Shown here piece after piece: positions 52,457 through 63,463 of a DNA stretch of 64,000 nucleotides. The stretch is from Desulfomonilia bacterium. Lineage in GTDB: Bacteria > Desulfobacterota > Desulfomonilia > UBA1062. The notes beneath the pieces were generated by a model. It had not been told where the DNA came from. It saw only the letters and a list, made by a program, of their open reading frames with translations, and searched no databases. The stretch lies in contig JBEKDT010000003.1 in assembly GCA_050014195.1 (NCBI GenBank), forward strand, positions 128,001 through 192,000, given 5' to 3'. The position numbers and the translations under genes are program-made. The number at the start of each line of letters is the position of its first letter. Position 1 is the stretch's first letter.

Positions 52457-52813
52457 ATGAATCTCTTCGGATGGGGTCCCAGACACTTTCAAGTTGAATC
52501 CATGACGGCAGGCTGCAAGATAGGCGAGGGCTATATCCAGTGCTCTGTGGGTGAGGTGTCAGGCAGCGGCTTGATATGTGCTTTCCCGACGAGCCGCATA
52601 CAGGTAAGCCTGATGGATATGCTCGATAAAGCCATATCGATCAGCATCGACAATAAGCTCATGGAAGGGACCCTCACTTGGTATACAATAGAAGAGTCGA
52701 CTTACCGGATCGGGATCACCATTGACCATAAAGATCGAACTGCATGGCGAAAGATTATTGATTGCAGGTGCAGGGGGGTGATGCACACCTCCACCAGGCC
52801 GGCCTCTGTATAA
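52457..52813 (+). CDS. hypothetical protein, possible degenerate PilZ-like barrel
   Basis: AAGGA RBS; EVSGSG...GTLTW...YRIGI pattern. Confidence 0.6.
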   Translation: MNLFGWGPRHFQVESMTAGCKIGEGYIQCSVGEVSGSGLICAFPTSRIQVSLMDMLDKAISISIDNKLMEGTLTWYTIEESTYRIGITIDHKDRTAWRKIIDCRCRGVMHTSTRPASV

Positions 52814-52816
52814 GCC

Positions 52817-54076
52817 TTATGAAGAGACCGGGGTCCACTGGATCGTCTTCTGGTCGATTCTACCCAAAGAGACAAACGTGAGCTTGTCCTCAATGAAAAT
52901 ATCGTTGGCCAAGGCCACGATATCATCGAGACTGACTGCCTGGAGCTTTTCCATGACCTCTTCCACGGTTATCTCGCGTCCGTAGTAAACCTCATTCTTT
53001 GCCATTGACGACATCCTGTTCACCGAGCTTTCTCTGGCAAGGAGCAGATTTCCTTTGATCTGCGCCTTGATGTCCTCAAGCTTCATGTCTTTAAGATCTC
53101 CGGATTTGATCCTCTTCATCTGGGTACTGATCACTTCCAGGGTCTTGTTTACGTTCTCTGGTGTGCATGCTGCATAGATGGCCAATACCCCACAGTCTCG
53201 GTATGCATTGAGAAATGAGTAAATGGAATATACAAGACCCAGCTCTTCCCTGGCCTCCTGAAAGAGCATTGAGCTCATGCTCCCGCCGAGCATGGTGTTG
53301 AGTACAATGTAGGCCCAGCGCTTCTCGTCGTTCATGGCGGAGCCGGTAGTCCCCAAAGTGAAGTGGACCTGCTCGATATCTTTAGAGTACATCTTCCTCA
53401 CTCCACTTAAGGAGTCCGGGATCTGTTCGTCATAGCGGCCTTGCCTTTGATCCATTCCTTCAAACAGGGGCGTGGTGAAATTCACCAATTCCTGGTGATC
53501 GAGGTTGCCGGCCCCGGCAACAATGATGGAATTCGGTGCATATGAGGTGTTTAAGAATTCGATGATGCTCTGCCTCCCGAAAGATCCCACATGCTCAATG
53601 GTTCCAAGGATTGAGATCCCCAGCGTCGTGTCATGGAAAAAGGCCTCGGCAAAGAGATCTGTGATGTAATCGTCCGGCGTGTCTTCGGTCATCCTGATCT
53701 CCTGGAGCACGACCTTCTTTTCCTTTTCCAGTTCATCAGGGTTGATCTCTGCATTGAGAAAAAGATCATAGAGGATGTCTGCAGCCTTGAAGAGATGTTC
53801 ATCAAGCACCTTGGTGTAGTATACGGTATACTCTTTCGCTGTCTGTGCGTTCAAGTGTCCGCCCAGGGCATCTATCTCTTTAGCTATCTGCATGGCAGAG
53901 CGACGCTTTGTCCCCTTGAATAACATATGCTCGGTGAAATGGGCGATCCCGCGATCCTTCGGAGGATCATTGCGAGAGCCCACATTCACCCATACGCCTA
54001 AGGAGACCGAGCGGATACCCGGCATATACTCGGTCAGAATTCTGACACCGTTGGGAAGGAGCGTGGAGTTGATCAT
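52817..54076 (-). CDS. M16 family zinc peptidase
   Basis: HFTEHMLFKGT (HxxEH), NAQT; conserved position after pnp. Confidence 0.93.
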   Translation of the reverse strand: MINSTLLPNGVRILTEYMPGIRSVSLGVWVNVGSRNDPPKDRGIAHFTEHMLFKGTKRRSAMQIAKEIDALGGHLNAQTAKEYTVYYTKVLDEHLFKAADILYDLFLNAEINPDELEKEKKVVLQEIRMTEDTPDDYITDLFAEAFFHDTTLGISILGTIEHVGSFGRQSIIEFLNTSYAPNSIIVAGAGNLDHQELVNFTTPLFEGMDQRQGRYDEQIPDSLSGVRKMYSKDIEQVHFTLGTTGSAMNDEKRWAYIVLNTMLGGSMSSMLFQEAREELGLVYSIYSFLNAYRDCGVLAIYAACTPENVNKTLEVISTQMKRIKSGDLKDMKLEDIKAQIKGNLLLARESSVNRMSSMAKNEVYYGREITVEEVMEKLQAVSLDDIVALANDIFIEDKLTFVSLGRIDQKTIQWTPVSS

Positions 54077-54083
54077 TTAAGCG

Positions 54084-56171
54084 TCAGTGGCTGGTTTCGC
54101 TCAGGGCTTCCTTGCGTGATAAACGAATCTTCCCTGTCTTAGAATCAATTCCGATGACCTTGACAAGGATTTCATCCCCCTCCTTGACCACGTCCCGAAC
54201 ATTCTTGACACGCTCATTGGAGAGCTGAGAGATATGAACGAGGCCTGACTCTCCGGAGGGGAAATCAACAAATGCCCCGAAATCCATGATCTTCACTACC
54301 TTGCCACTGTATACACGGCCGATCTCAAGTTCCTTAGTGAGTGTTTGGATCATGTCGACAGCCATCTTAGCGTGATCCTCGTCCGGAGAGAAGATGTCCA
54401 CCCTGCCGGAATCATCGATCTCGATCTTGGTGTCCGTCTTGGCGGTGATGTCTTTGATTACTTTGCCGCCTGGGCCGATGATATCGCGAATCTTCTCCGG
54501 ATTGATGTGCAAGGTATAGATCCTGGGGGCATAAGGAGATATTACCGATTTAGGTTCGGTAATGGCCCTGCCCATCTTCTCTAAGATAGAGATTCTTCCT
54601 ATGCGGGCCTTTTCAAGGGCATCGCGTAACACTGCCTCCGGGATGCCGGATATCTTGATGTCCATCTGCAGTGCGGTTATACCGTCAGTAGTGCCGGCGA
54701 CTTTAAAATCCATGTCACCGATATGATCTTCATCACCCAAGATATCGGAGAGAACCATATATTCGTCGCCCTCCTTCAGAAGCCCCATAGCGATGCCGGC
54801 AACAGGCTTTTTCACCGGTACGCCGGCATCCATTAAAGACATGGACCCGCCGCAAACCGTAGCCATTGAGGATGAGCCATTGGATTCGAGGATCTCCGAG
54901 ACAAGGCGGATAGTATAGGGGAAAGCGCCTTCCTCTGGAAGGACCTTGCTCAGTGCCCTCTCCGCAAGGTTTCCGTGCCCGATCTCTCGCCTGCTGGGTC
55001 CTCTGAGCATCCTCACCTCTCCCACGGAAAAGGGAGGGAAGGAGTAATGGAGCATGAAGGATTTCGTTGTCTCACCGAGTAATGTTTCCACCCTCTGTTC
55101 ATCCCTTGGTGTGCCAAGCGTCGTGGTGGCGAGTGCCTGAGTTTCGCCCCGGGTAAAAAGCGCCGAGCCGTGGGTACGAGGAAGGATCCCTACCATGCAA
55201 TCGATAGTGCGGATATCGTCAAATCCCCTGCCGTCGATGCGACTGCGCTTGGCCTTCATCAAAGAACGTATGGTTTTCTTTTCCACCTCGGAAAAGGCCT
55301 CTTTCACAAAAGACTGCCGGTCTTCGGTGTCATCGGCAAAGGCCTTCAGCACATCCTCTTTCAGTTGTTCAATAAGGGCCTGCCGGGCCTGTTTTGAGTT
55401 GGCCCCCGCGATGATCTGCTCGAAACGGGGAGATGCCATCTTCATGATCTCCTCGAAGAGCACCGGGTTCTCTTGCGGGGAGGCAATCTTCATCTTTTCC
55501 TTGCCGACGGCCCTTCCGAGCTCCTCAATTGCCTCCACTACCTCTATGATCCTCTTGTGGGCAAATGAAATCGCATCAATTATTGTGCTTTCGGAGAGTT
55601 CATTCGCCTCGCCCTCCACCATTACAATGGCGTTCCTTGTGCCTACTACCAGCAGATCCAAGGAACTGCTTTCCAGCTGTGCCACTGAGGGGTCGATGAT
55701 GAATTCACCATTGATCAGGCCGACACGAGCACCTCCCACAGGCTCTAAAAATGGTATGCTTGATATATGCAGCGCAGCAGAAGCCCCGTTGACCGCCATG
55801 ACATCCGGCGTACATGCCGGGTCGGCGGAGAGCACCATGGCGATGATCTGTAATTCATTATGGAAGTTGGATGGGAAGAGGGGGCGGATAGGCCTGTCAA
55901 TACACCGTGCCGTTAATATCTCCTGGGCACCCGGCCTGCCGTCCCGCTTGATAAATCCGCCCTTGATCCTGCCCGCTGCATAGCTCATCTCCTGGTACTC
56001 GACCACGAGCGGCAGAAAATCCACGCCCTTACGTTCTTCCTTAGCTACAGTAGCTGTGACGAGAACCACACTGTCTCCTTGATGTACAAGGACTGCGCCA
56101 TCTGCCTGTCTGGCTACCGTTCCGACTTCAAATATGAGAGGGAGCCCTGTCCCTTTTGCCTGTATTTTCAT
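54084..56171 (-). CDS. pnp: polyribonucleotide nucleotidyltransferase
   Basis: IDRPIRPLFP, RREIGHG, SNGSSSMA, GDMDFKVAG; KH and S1 domains. Confidence 0.98.
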   Translation of the reverse strand: MKIQAKGTGLPLIFEVGTVARQADGAVLVHQGDSVVLVTATVAKEERKGVDFLPLVVEYQEMSYAAGRIKGGFIKRDGRPGAQEILTARCIDRPIRPLFPSNFHNELQIIAMVLSADPACTPDVMAVNGASAALHISSIPFLEPVGGARVGLINGEFIIDPSVAQLESSSLDLLVVGTRNAIVMVEGEANELSESTIIDAISFAHKRIIEVVEAIEELGRAVGKEKMKIASPQENPVLFEEIMKMASPRFEQIIAGANSKQARQALIEQLKEDVLKAFADDTEDRQSFVKEAFSEVEKKTIRSLMKAKRSRIDGRGFDDIRTIDCMVGILPRTHGSALFTRGETQALATTTLGTPRDEQRVETLLGETTKSFMLHYSFPPFSVGEVRMLRGPSRREIGHGNLAERALSKVLPEEGAFPYTIRLVSEILESNGSSSMATVCGGSMSLMDAGVPVKKPVAGIAMGLLKEGDEYMVLSDILGDEDHIGDMDFKVAGTTDGITALQMDIKISGIPEAVLRDALEKARIGRISILEKMGRAITEPKSVISPYAPRIYTLHINPEKIRDIIGPGGKVIKDITAKTDTKIEIDDSGRVDIFSPDEDHAKMAVDMIQTLTKELEIGRVYSGKVVKIMDFGAFVDFPSGESGLVHISQLSNERVKNVRDVVKEGDEILVKVIGIDSKTGKIRLSRKEALSETSH

Positions 56172-56194
56172 GTTCTCTCTGGCTTCCTATGTCA

Positions 56195-56464
56195 TTATTT
56201 CCGCAGGTTCAATGTCTGAACCAGCTCGCGGTAACGTTTGATATCATGATCACGAAGGTAATTTAAAAGCCTTCTCCTCTGCCCGACGAGCATGAGAAGG
56301 CCGCGGCGGGAGTGATGGTCCTTCTTGTGAACCTTAAAATGCTCGGTGAGATCATTGATCCTCTTGGTAAGGATCGCCACTTGGACATCGGGGGAGCCGG
56401 TATCATTCTCATTTCTCTTGTGCTGATCGATAATCTGCTTTTTTTCCTCTGCATGTAAAGCCAC
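56195..56464 (-). CDS. rpsO: 30S ribosomal protein S15
   Basis: [21 protein letters not shown]. Confidence 0.98.
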   Translation of the reverse strand: MALHAEEKKQIIDQHKRNENDTGSPDVQVAILTKRINDLTEHFKVHKKDHHSRRGLLMLVGQRRRLLNYLRDHDIKRYRELVQTLNLRK

Positions 56465-56583
56465 TTCGTAATCCTCCTGAGTATATATGCGTCCTATTTT
56501 TTCTGTTTCACTGTCTCTTCACACACGTTTCCCGTCAAAATTAGATCAGGAGCTTACCACACCTTAATTTCTGCTGTAAATAG

Positions 56584-57477
56584 CTAATAAGGCTTGAAAC
56601 CCCTGGTGATATGTCCCCAGATGCCTCCCTCTCGGTTCACCCTTGCTATACAGAGGAGGATCCCGTGCATGTTAAGAACCGCCACGTATGTGCCCTCGGG
56701 CGCCGCCACATCATCGATGACCCAAGACAACTGGATGGACTGTCCATCCCTGACCCCCTGCTCGCCCATTTTCGTCACACGTGCCTTGGGGATGTTAAGC
56801 GCGTCTATAAGAGGGATAACGGTCTGCTCCCCGAGCCTTGCCAGCTCATCGAGACTGGTTGCATGCTCAATGCTGAACCCCTCACTTCGTATCCTCTTGA
56901 GTTCCCGCAGGTATCCTCCGCATCCAAGATGCAAGCCGAGGTCCCTGGCTATTGACCTGATGTAGGTGCCCCTTGAGCAAACGATACGGACACCGGCCCA
57001 GTCAGGACCCGTTTGGAGAATCTCGGCATCTTCGAGGTAGACCTGTTTGGGTCTGGGATTCACTTCCTTGTTGGCCCTTTTAAGCTTATAGAGGGGTTTA
57101 CCGTTGAGCTTCTGTGCACAATAGTCCGGCGGGAGCTGATTGATCCACCCCCTATTTTCATCGAACCATGCCTTCAACTTGCCCGGATCAATAGATACAG
57201 AGTCAAACCGCTTTGTAACCTTGCCGGTTACATCATCCGTATCCGTGGACATCTCAAATCCGATCAGTGCGATATATTCCTTCTGATGGGTCTGCATGAA
57301 AGGCAGGAGCTTCGTGCCTTGACCAATACCGAGACAGAGCAGACCTGTGGCGAAGGGATCAAGAGAACCGAAATGGCCCGCCCTCTTCACCTTCAGGATG
57401 TCCATTACCTTATCCACGGCCTTGCGAGAGGTGATGTCCTTGGGCTTGTCAATGAGCACGATGCCGTCTAAAGCCAC
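56584..57477 (-). CDS. truB: tRNA pseudouridine(55) synthase
   Basis: IDKP..TS, GHFGSLDPFATG, CSRGTYIRS. Confidence 0.94.
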   Translation of the reverse strand: MALDGIVLIDKPKDITSRKAVDKVMDILKVKRAGHFGSLDPFATGLLCLGIGQGTKLLPFMQTHQKEYIALIGFEMSTDTDDVTGKVTKRFDSVSIDPGKLKAWFDENRGWINQLPPDYCAQKLNGKPLYKLKRANKEVNPRPKQVYLEDAEILQTGPDWAGVRIVCSRGTYIRSIARDLGLHLGCGGYLRELKRIRSEGFSIEHATSLDELARLGEQTVIPLIDALNIPKARVTKMGEQGVRDGQSIQLSWVIDDVAAPEGTYVAVLNMHGILLCIARVNREGGIWGHITRGFKPY

Positions 57478-58388
57478 TTGAGACCTTCCTTGATGACTTC
57501 ATGAATGAGGTCTGCCGGTTTGCCTTTCATGGTGAAGCCTGCCGCCAGGCCATGCCCTCCTCCTCCGAAGGCGCTGGCTGTCTTCAGGGCGGCGTCTGCG
57601 ACCTTGCTCCTGATGGAGCAGTGGACAGAGCCTTCTTGCAGCTCTTTAAGAAAAATAATGAGGTTGGAGCCTGCTATGGACGCCATCTCCTCTACGATCC
57701 CGGATGCATCCTCAGACCGGGCGTTAAACTCCTTGACCTCTTCGAAAGATATATAGCTGGCAAAGAGGCCGCCACGAATGATCATGCGATTCATCACCGT
57801 GCAGAGGATGCGATAGAAGGCAATGGCCTTGGTCTTTTTAAGCCGGTAGGCAATTTTGTGCGGATCTGCTCCTGCAACGGTCAGCTCGTGTGCTATTTGA
57901 AAGATGTATGCGTTTGTGTTTGCATGGATGAAACCCCCCGTGTCTCCGAAGAGTCCCATATAGAGGTTCGAGGCAATTGAAGGTGTGATCGATACCTTCA
58001 GCTCGCCCAGAAGACCATACACCATCTCACAGGTCGAGGATCTCTCGGGATCGATCCAGGAGGCATATCCCATATCTCCTGTTGTCCTGTGATGATCGAT
58101 CACCACGAGCTTGCCCCTGGGCTTAACCTTCTTGATCATGACCATATCCGAGACATCCACCAGGATGGAGATCTCAGGCGCATCAATGTCTTGTCCTACC
58201 GGTGTATCGGTAAAGGTGAGTGCATCGGGGATGGGGGTAGGATAGATAAGGCAGACGGATTTCCCCAAGGCAACAAGCGCGAGGCCCAAAGCCTTTGATG
58301 CACCAACGGCGTCCTCGTCCGGGCTCTCATGCGTGATGATCTCGAAGGAGAGGTGCTCCTGTATGATCTCAGCTATCCTGGTCTTCAT
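57468..58388 (-). CDS. DHH/DHHA1 phosphoesterase (NrnA-like)
   Basis: HESPDED, IDHH, GDTGGF, GGGGHGLAAG. Confidence 0.92.
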   Translation of the reverse strand: MKTRIAEIIQEHLSFEIITHESPDEDAVGASKALGLALVALGKSVCLIYPTPIPDALTFTDTPVGQDIDAPEISILVDVSDMVMIKKVKPRGKLVVIDHHRTTGDMGYASWIDPERSSTCEMVYGLLGELKVSITPSIASNLYMGLFGDTGGFIHANTNAYIFQIAHELTVAGADPHKIAYRLKKTKAIAFYRILCTVMNRMIIRGGLFASYISFEEVKEFNARSEDASGIVEEMASIAGSNLIIFLKELQEGSVHCSIRSKVADAALKTASAFGGGGHGLAAGFTMKGKPADLIHEVIKEGLKWL

Positions 58389-58731
58389 GTTTGCCAATGG
58401 TCTCAAGGATACCATCTATCTTGGCGCCGTAATCGAAGGATTCATCAAAGGAAAAAAACAGGCTCGGCACGGCCCTCAGGCTCAGTTCCTTCTTGAGCTC
58501 ATGTCGTAAGAACCCTGCTGCGCTCTTGAGCCCATCCAAGGCCTCGTCTTTCCTCGACGTGTCCATCAAACAAAAAAAGATGCGAGCGTTCTTCAGATCT
58601 ACACTCACATCAACTCCCGTGATGGTGATCCCTTCCACCCGTGGATCCTTGACTTTGCGGTGGATCATTTCTGCGATGGTCTGCTTGAGGAGATCGCCCA
58701 CCCGGGCTTGCCGTACACTTAAGATCTTCAT
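58369..58731 (-). CDS. rbfA: ribosome-binding factor A
   Basis: VKDPR..ITIT.V.VS.DL, AAGFLR, LR.VP.L.F.FDES. Confidence 0.95.
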   Translation of the reverse strand: MKILSVRQARVGDLLKQTIAEMIHRKVKDPRVEGITITGVDVSVDLKNARIFFCLMDTSRKDEALDGLKSAAGFLRHELKKELSLRAVPSLFFSFDESFDYGAKIDGILETIGKHEDQDS

Positions 58732-59012
58732 ATGTGTATAATCTCTATCCTGCTGGAGAGCATCTCTACTTCGCCGTTATCTTCAATGCCTTGAATGATT
58801 TTGTCGAGCACTGAATTGACGAATCCTGCATCATTGCTCACGAGCGTTATGCCTAAGGTTGCGGCCTGCCATTTGTCGTTGTCGTCCACTTCCGCTACGG
58901 ACACGTTCATCCTCGACAGGCGGTCTTTGAGAGATTTCAAGACTTTTCGCTTCTCTTTTAATGACCGTGCCCCGAGGATCATGAGCCGGGCCTCGCAGGC
59001 GCCTATCACCAC
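58728..59012 (-). CDS. DUF503 (YlxP) protein
   Basis: SLKEKRKVLKSL, NVSVAEV...D.WQ. Confidence 0.92.
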   Translation of the reverse strand: MVIGACEARLMILGARSLKEKRKVLKSLKDRLSRMNVSVAEVDDNDKWQAATLGITLVSNDAGFVNSVLDKIIQGIEDNGEVEMLSSRIEIIHI

Positions 59013-61666
59013 GTAGCAGTATTCTCCACTTTCTCCTGGGTGAACGCCTCTATGATGTCGCCGACCTTGATATCGTTATAGTTTCCAAGGCTGATGCCGC
59101 ACTCAAAGCCCGTTGCCACTTCTTTGGCATCGTCCTTAAACCTCCTCAGCGACTCGACCCTGCCCTCATGGATGACCACACTATCACGCAGAAGACGTGC
59201 TTGGGCACCTCTGACCAGAGTGCCCTCGGTGACCATGCATCCTGCGATAATTCCTATCTTGGGGACCTTGAAGATATCCCGCACCTCGGCCCGGCCTTGT
59301 ATGACCTCCTGGTAGACAGGCTCGAGCATGCCGCGTAATGCCTGTTTGATGTCCTCGATGAGATCATAGATGATGGTGTACAGCTTGATCTCGATATTAC
59401 TCTTCTTGGCCAGGTCCCTCACCTTCGGTTCGGGCCTTACATTGAATCCGACAATGATCGCCATGGAGGTTGAGGCAAGAAGCACGTCGTTCTCCGTGAT
59501 GCCGCCTACTGCAGAATGGATCACATTGATACGCATGTCTTCACCGGTATCGATGCCCTTGACCGCATTGACAATGGCCTCTACGGTTCCGTGCACGTCG
59601 CCCTTGATGATCAGGCTGAGCTCCTTGAGCTTACCCTCCTTCACCTGGTTGTAAAGGTCCTCCAGCGTTACTTGGGCCTTCTGCTCGGGCGCCTGGAGAC
59701 GGGTTATGCTCACCTTCTCCTGGAGGTATTCGATGATCTCCTTTGCCTTCTTCTCGTTGGGAACTACAAACATGCTGTCTCCCGCAGACGGCGGCTCTGT
59801 GAGCCCGGTGATCTCCACGGGCGTGCCCGGGGTTGCTTGATCGATGGGCACCCCCCTGAAGTCATACATGGCCCTTGCCTTGCCCCATCTGGACCCGATA
59901 ATGAAGATGTCCCCCTTCTTTAACTCGCCCTGCTGGATGAGCATGGTGCACATGGGGCCCTTGTTTTTGTCGAGTTTGGATTCCAGCACCACACCTTTCG
60001 CCGGGCCGTCTGCCTGGACTTTGATATCCATGATCTCTGCCTGGAGCAGAATCATCTCCAGAAGATCTTCTATGCCGATGTGCTTCTTTGCCGACACATC
60101 CACATAAATGGTATCTCCGCCCCAATCTTCCGGCACAAGCCCGAGTTCGGAGAGCTGCTCGCGGACCCGCATGGGATTGGCATTGGGTTTGTCGATCTTG
60201 TTCACCGCAACAAGGATGGGGATCTTTGCAGCCCGGGCATGATTTATGGCCTCTTTTGTCTGGTCCATAACACCATCGTCTGCGGCAACGACAAGCACCA
60301 CGAAGTCCGTGGCCTGAGCCCCGCGGGATCTCATGGAGGTGAATGCCTCATGGCCGGGTGTGTCGATGAAGGTGATAAGCCTGTCCTTGCACTGCGCCTG
60401 ATATGCACCAATATGTTGAGTTATCCCGCCGAATTCACTGTCAATAACGTTTTCGGACCTGATGGCATCGAGCAGGGATGTTTTCCCGTGGTCGACATGC
60501 CCCATAACCGTCACAACAGGAGGTCTCGGGACCAGATTTCCAGGCATTTGGACCGTCTCGGTGAAGTACTCCTCGCGGATCTCATCACGGGTCTCCTCGG
60601 TCTCGAAGCCGAGCTCAGTAGCAACAAACGTGGCCTCTTCCGGAGATATGTACTGGTTCTGGGTGGCCATGATCCCAAGTTCCATGAGAACCTTGATGAC
60701 CTCTGACACCTTTACGCCCATCTCCTTGGCGAGGTTGGCCACGGTTATGGTGGCTCCTATCTTGAGTTTCTTTTTCTTGAGCATCTGAACCTGCTGGAGC
60801 CCTCTCCTATCCTTTTTCTTCTTGAGTTTCTTCCCCTGGGTTGTCCTGCCTGCACCATAGAGGTCGGTCTGGGTGTAGACCTCCGTCTCCGGGACAGGCT
60901 CGGGCTTCGGCTTCAGTATAGCGACGCGAGCCCCGGTCTTATCAACACCCGCTTCTTCCTCTTCTGCAAGGACTTCAGTGGCCTTTGGCGGCTTCTTGCC
61001 TTTCTTTTTATCCTTCTTCTTTATCTCTTTTTCTTCTTCCTTCTCGATCTCCTGGGGTTTGACGATTACTCCGGGAACCGGGGAAACGGCTGCCGTGGTC
61101 TGTGCCGGCTCAGCCTTGGAAATGTCTGAGCCAGGGGCTACAGGAGTCTTTGCCGGTTCAATAAAGGGTTCTTCGAGAGCAGGTGTAGCTTTCATCTCTT
61201 TTTGTGTTTCTTCAAACGCAACACCCGGTGTAGCCGGAGATACCGCAACGGACGCTTCCTCTTTCAGGACAGCCTCTTTTCCCGGTGTCTCCTTCTTTTT
61301 AGGAGGCTTCTTCTTTTCGGCTTTTTCCTGCGCAACTACCTCAAACTCGTCTCCCTCGGGTTTTGGTTGTGCCTCTTGTGCAGAGGAGACCTCCGGTGCA
61401 GGGGCTTCCGATAAGGGGACGGCCTTGGCCCTGCGGCGAATGATGTTCGTACTTACCCTCTGTTCTTCATAAACATCCTGAAGCGGCAGATCATCCTTTT
61501 TCTGGGTGTCTTTCTCGAGCCGCTTCCTGATCCTCTCGATATCATGGATGTCGAGGATGCTCATGGTGTTTTCCACAGAAATGGCCAAGTCCTTGGCAAC
61601 GCGGAGCAGCTCTTTTGCCTCGATGGAAAGGTCTTTTGCCAGTTCGAAAACCCTCATTTTTTTCAT
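59006..61666 (-). CDS. infB: translation initiation factor IF-2
   Basis: [23 protein letters not shown]; N-terminal RVFELAK. Confidence 0.98.
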   Translation of the reverse strand: MKKMRVFELAKDLSIEAKELLRVAKDLAISVENTMSILDIHDIERIRKRLEKDTQKKDDLPLQDVYEEQRVSTNIIRRRAKAVPLSEAPAPEVSSAQEAQPKPEGDEFEVVAQEKAEKKKPPKKKETPGKEAVLKEEASVAVSPATPGVAFEETQKEMKATPALEEPFIEPAKTPVAPGSDISKAEPAQTTAAVSPVPGVIVKPQEIEKEEEKEIKKKDKKKGKKPPKATEVLAEEEEAGVDKTGARVAILKPKPEPVPETEVYTQTDLYGAGRTTQGKKLKKKKDRRGLQQVQMLKKKKLKIGATITVANLAKEMGVKVSEVIKVLMELGIMATQNQYISPEEATFVATELGFETEETRDEIREEYFTETVQMPGNLVPRPPVVTVMGHVDHGKTSLLDAIRSENVIDSEFGGITQHIGAYQAQCKDRLITFIDTPGHEAFTSMRSRGAQATDFVVLVVAADDGVMDQTKEAINHARAAKIPILVAVNKIDKPNANPMRVREQLSELGLVPEDWGGDTIYVDVSAKKHIGIEDLLEMILLQAEIMDIKVQADGPAKGVVLESKLDKNKGPMCTMLIQQGELKKGDIFIIGSRWGKARAMYDFRGVPIDQATPGTPVEITGLTEPPSAGDSMFVVPNEKKAKEIIEYLQEKVSITRLQAPEQKAQVTLEDLYNQVKEGKLKELSLIIKGDVHGTVEAIVNAVKGIDTGEDMRINVIHSAVGGITENDVLLASTSMAIIVGFNVRPEPKVRDLAKKSNIEIKLYTIIYDLIEDIKQALRGMLEPVYQEVIQGRAEVRDIFKVPKIGIIAGCMVTEGTLVRGAQARLLRDSVVIHEGRVESLRRFKDDAKEVATGFECGISLGNYNDIKVGDIIEAFTQEKVENTATW

Positions 61667-62226
61667 AATGCTCGCCCCTTGGAAGACAACCTCTCATAAA
61701 ACCGAAGATTTCTCAATATCGGCGAGATCTTCGGAGTGTTCTTCATGATGACCCGGCACTCGGTGCCTTTGATCACTTCAGCGGGAACGAGGAAGATCAT
61801 TGCCCCTTGCTCTTTTGCAGCAGCGAATAGAGCCTGTCTGACCGGCGCCTTCATATCTTCTCTCACCAAGATGACAGCGCCTGAAGGAAAGTCTCCTTGC
61901 CCGGATCTTTCGTCAAAGGCTGTATCAACGCTCATAGGAAGGCCATCTATTCGTTCAAGAGATCCTAAAAGCGTATCGCTGACAGAGTGAAGCAAGTGCC
62001 TCATCGCCGATTCATCCCGAAAGAGAGCTTTTACCCTCTTGTTCTTCCATGCACGCAAGAAACAGCCTTGCTCGGGGCACAGATAGTAGCCCCTTCCCGG
62101 GCGGCACTGCCGTTCATCAAAAAAGGCGGGTTCTTCCGTCTGTTGTACGAAACGCAAGAGCTCCTCCTTGCGGCATACCCTTCTGCAGCTTAGACATTGC
62201 CTGTATGGGCCTCCTTTATGCCTCAC
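61663..62226 (-). CDS. YlxR (DUF448) protein with C-terminal extension
   Basis: PYRQCLSCR...LLRFV...GRGYYLC; GTG start overlapping the nusA end. Confidence 0.8.
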   Translation of the reverse strand: MRHKGGPYRQCLSCRRVCRKEELLRFVQQTEEPAFFDERQCRPGRGYYLCPEQGCFLRAWKNKRVKALFRDESAMRHLLHSVSDTLLGSLERIDGLPMSVDTAFDERSGQGDFPSGAVILVREDMKAPVRQALFAAAKEQGAMIFLVPAEVIKGTECRVIMKNTPKISPILRNLRFYERLSSKGRAL

Positions 62227-63454
62227 TGCCCCCCACCGTTGCCTTCTGAATGATCTTTTTTGCCAGTGTCTCGTCGATCCCTTCGAATTCAAGAAGGTCT
62301 TCTTCTTTTGCCTTGGCAAGGTCGTCAAGTGTCTTATATCCGGCCTCAATCAAGACTTCTATGAGCGCCGGATCAATATCTGCCAAACTCTCCAAAGACC
62401 GCTTGTCTTCAGAGGATACTACCACCTCGGTGCCCTCCGCCCTCACGTCAATCTTCCATCCCGTGAGTTTTGCAACGAGCCTCACGTTCTGACCCTTTCT
62501 CCCGATGGCAAGGCTCAGCTGGTCGTCGGAAACCACCACATCCATGCTCCGGGCGGACTTGTCCACGATTACCTTGGATACCCTTGCGGGTGATAATGCA
62601 TTACAGACAAACCGGACCGGGTCCTCGGACCATACCACGATGTCCTGCCTCTCTCCTTTTAGCTCCTGGATCACGTTTTGGACCCGGGCCCCCTTGACGC
62701 CGACACAGGTCCCCACCGGGTCTACCTTTGAGTCATGTGAACGGACCGCTATCTTGGCCCTGATGCCCGGTTCCCTGGCCACGGCCACGATCTCTACAAT
62801 CCCTTCAGCCACCTCGGGGACCTCCATCTCGTAAAGCTTTACCAGGAACCGCGGATGAGTCCTGCTCAGTTCCACCTGCGGCATCTTGAGCGATTTGGTG
62901 ACATCTAGGACCAAAGCCTGCGCCCGGTCTCCCCGCCTGAGGATCTCGCCCGGGATCTGTTCCTTCTCACGCAGAATGGCCTCTGCCTTGCCGAGGTTAA
63001 CGATAACATCCTTACGATCAAAACGATGGATAAACCCTGAGACTATCTCTCCTTTGACGTCGATGAAATCGCTGTAGATCGCATCGCGCTCCACTTCCTT
63101 TACCTTCTGGACGATCACCTGTTTTGCGCTCTGGGCCGCTATCCTGCCAAGCTTACTGGAATCGAGCTTTTCACCAAGTTCATCACCTATCTGGCAGTTG
63201 GGATCGAGATTGCGAGCCAGTTTACTGGAAATCTGGATATTCGGATCCTCCACTTCTTCGGTGACAACCTTAAATTGGAAGACCTCCACCTCATCCAGCT
63301 CGGAATTGTAGTGAGCTTCGATATTATCATAATCTCCATAGACCTTCTTTGCTGCGCTCTGGACAGCCGCTTCGACGACCTGAACCAGATCTTCCTGTCG
63401 TAGGCCCTTCTCCTTTACGATAAGCTCGATCACTTTTGAAAGATTCAGAACCAT
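62216..63454 (-). CDS. nusA: transcription termination factor NusA
   Basis: GRIAAQSAKQV, EVPE, AREPG.RAK, AIGRKGQNVRL. Confidence 0.98.
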   Translation of the reverse strand: MVLNLSKVIELIVKEKGLRQEDLVQVVEAAVQSAAKKVYGDYDNIEAHYNSELDEVEVFQFKVVTEEVEDPNIQISSKLARNLDPNCQIGDELGEKLDSSKLGRIAAQSAKQVIVQKVKEVERDAIYSDFIDVKGEIVSGFIHRFDRKDVIVNLGKAEAILREKEQIPGEILRRGDRAQALVLDVTKSLKMPQVELSRTHPRFLVKLYEMEVPEVAEGIVEIVAVAREPGIRAKIAVRSHDSKVDPVGTCVGVKGARVQNVIQELKGERQDIVVWSEDPVRFVCNALSPARVSKVIVDKSARSMDVVVSDDQLSLAIGRKGQNVRLVAKLTGWKIDVRAEGTEVVVSSEDKRSLESLADIDPALIEVLIEAGYKTLDDLAKAKEEDLLEFEGIDETLAKKIIQKATVGGSEA

Positions 63455-63463
63455 ACCATCTCC

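Noticed and set aside
60780-61500. Low-complexity Lys/Glu/Pro-rich stretch
   Set aside because: Normal variable N-terminal region of IF-2.
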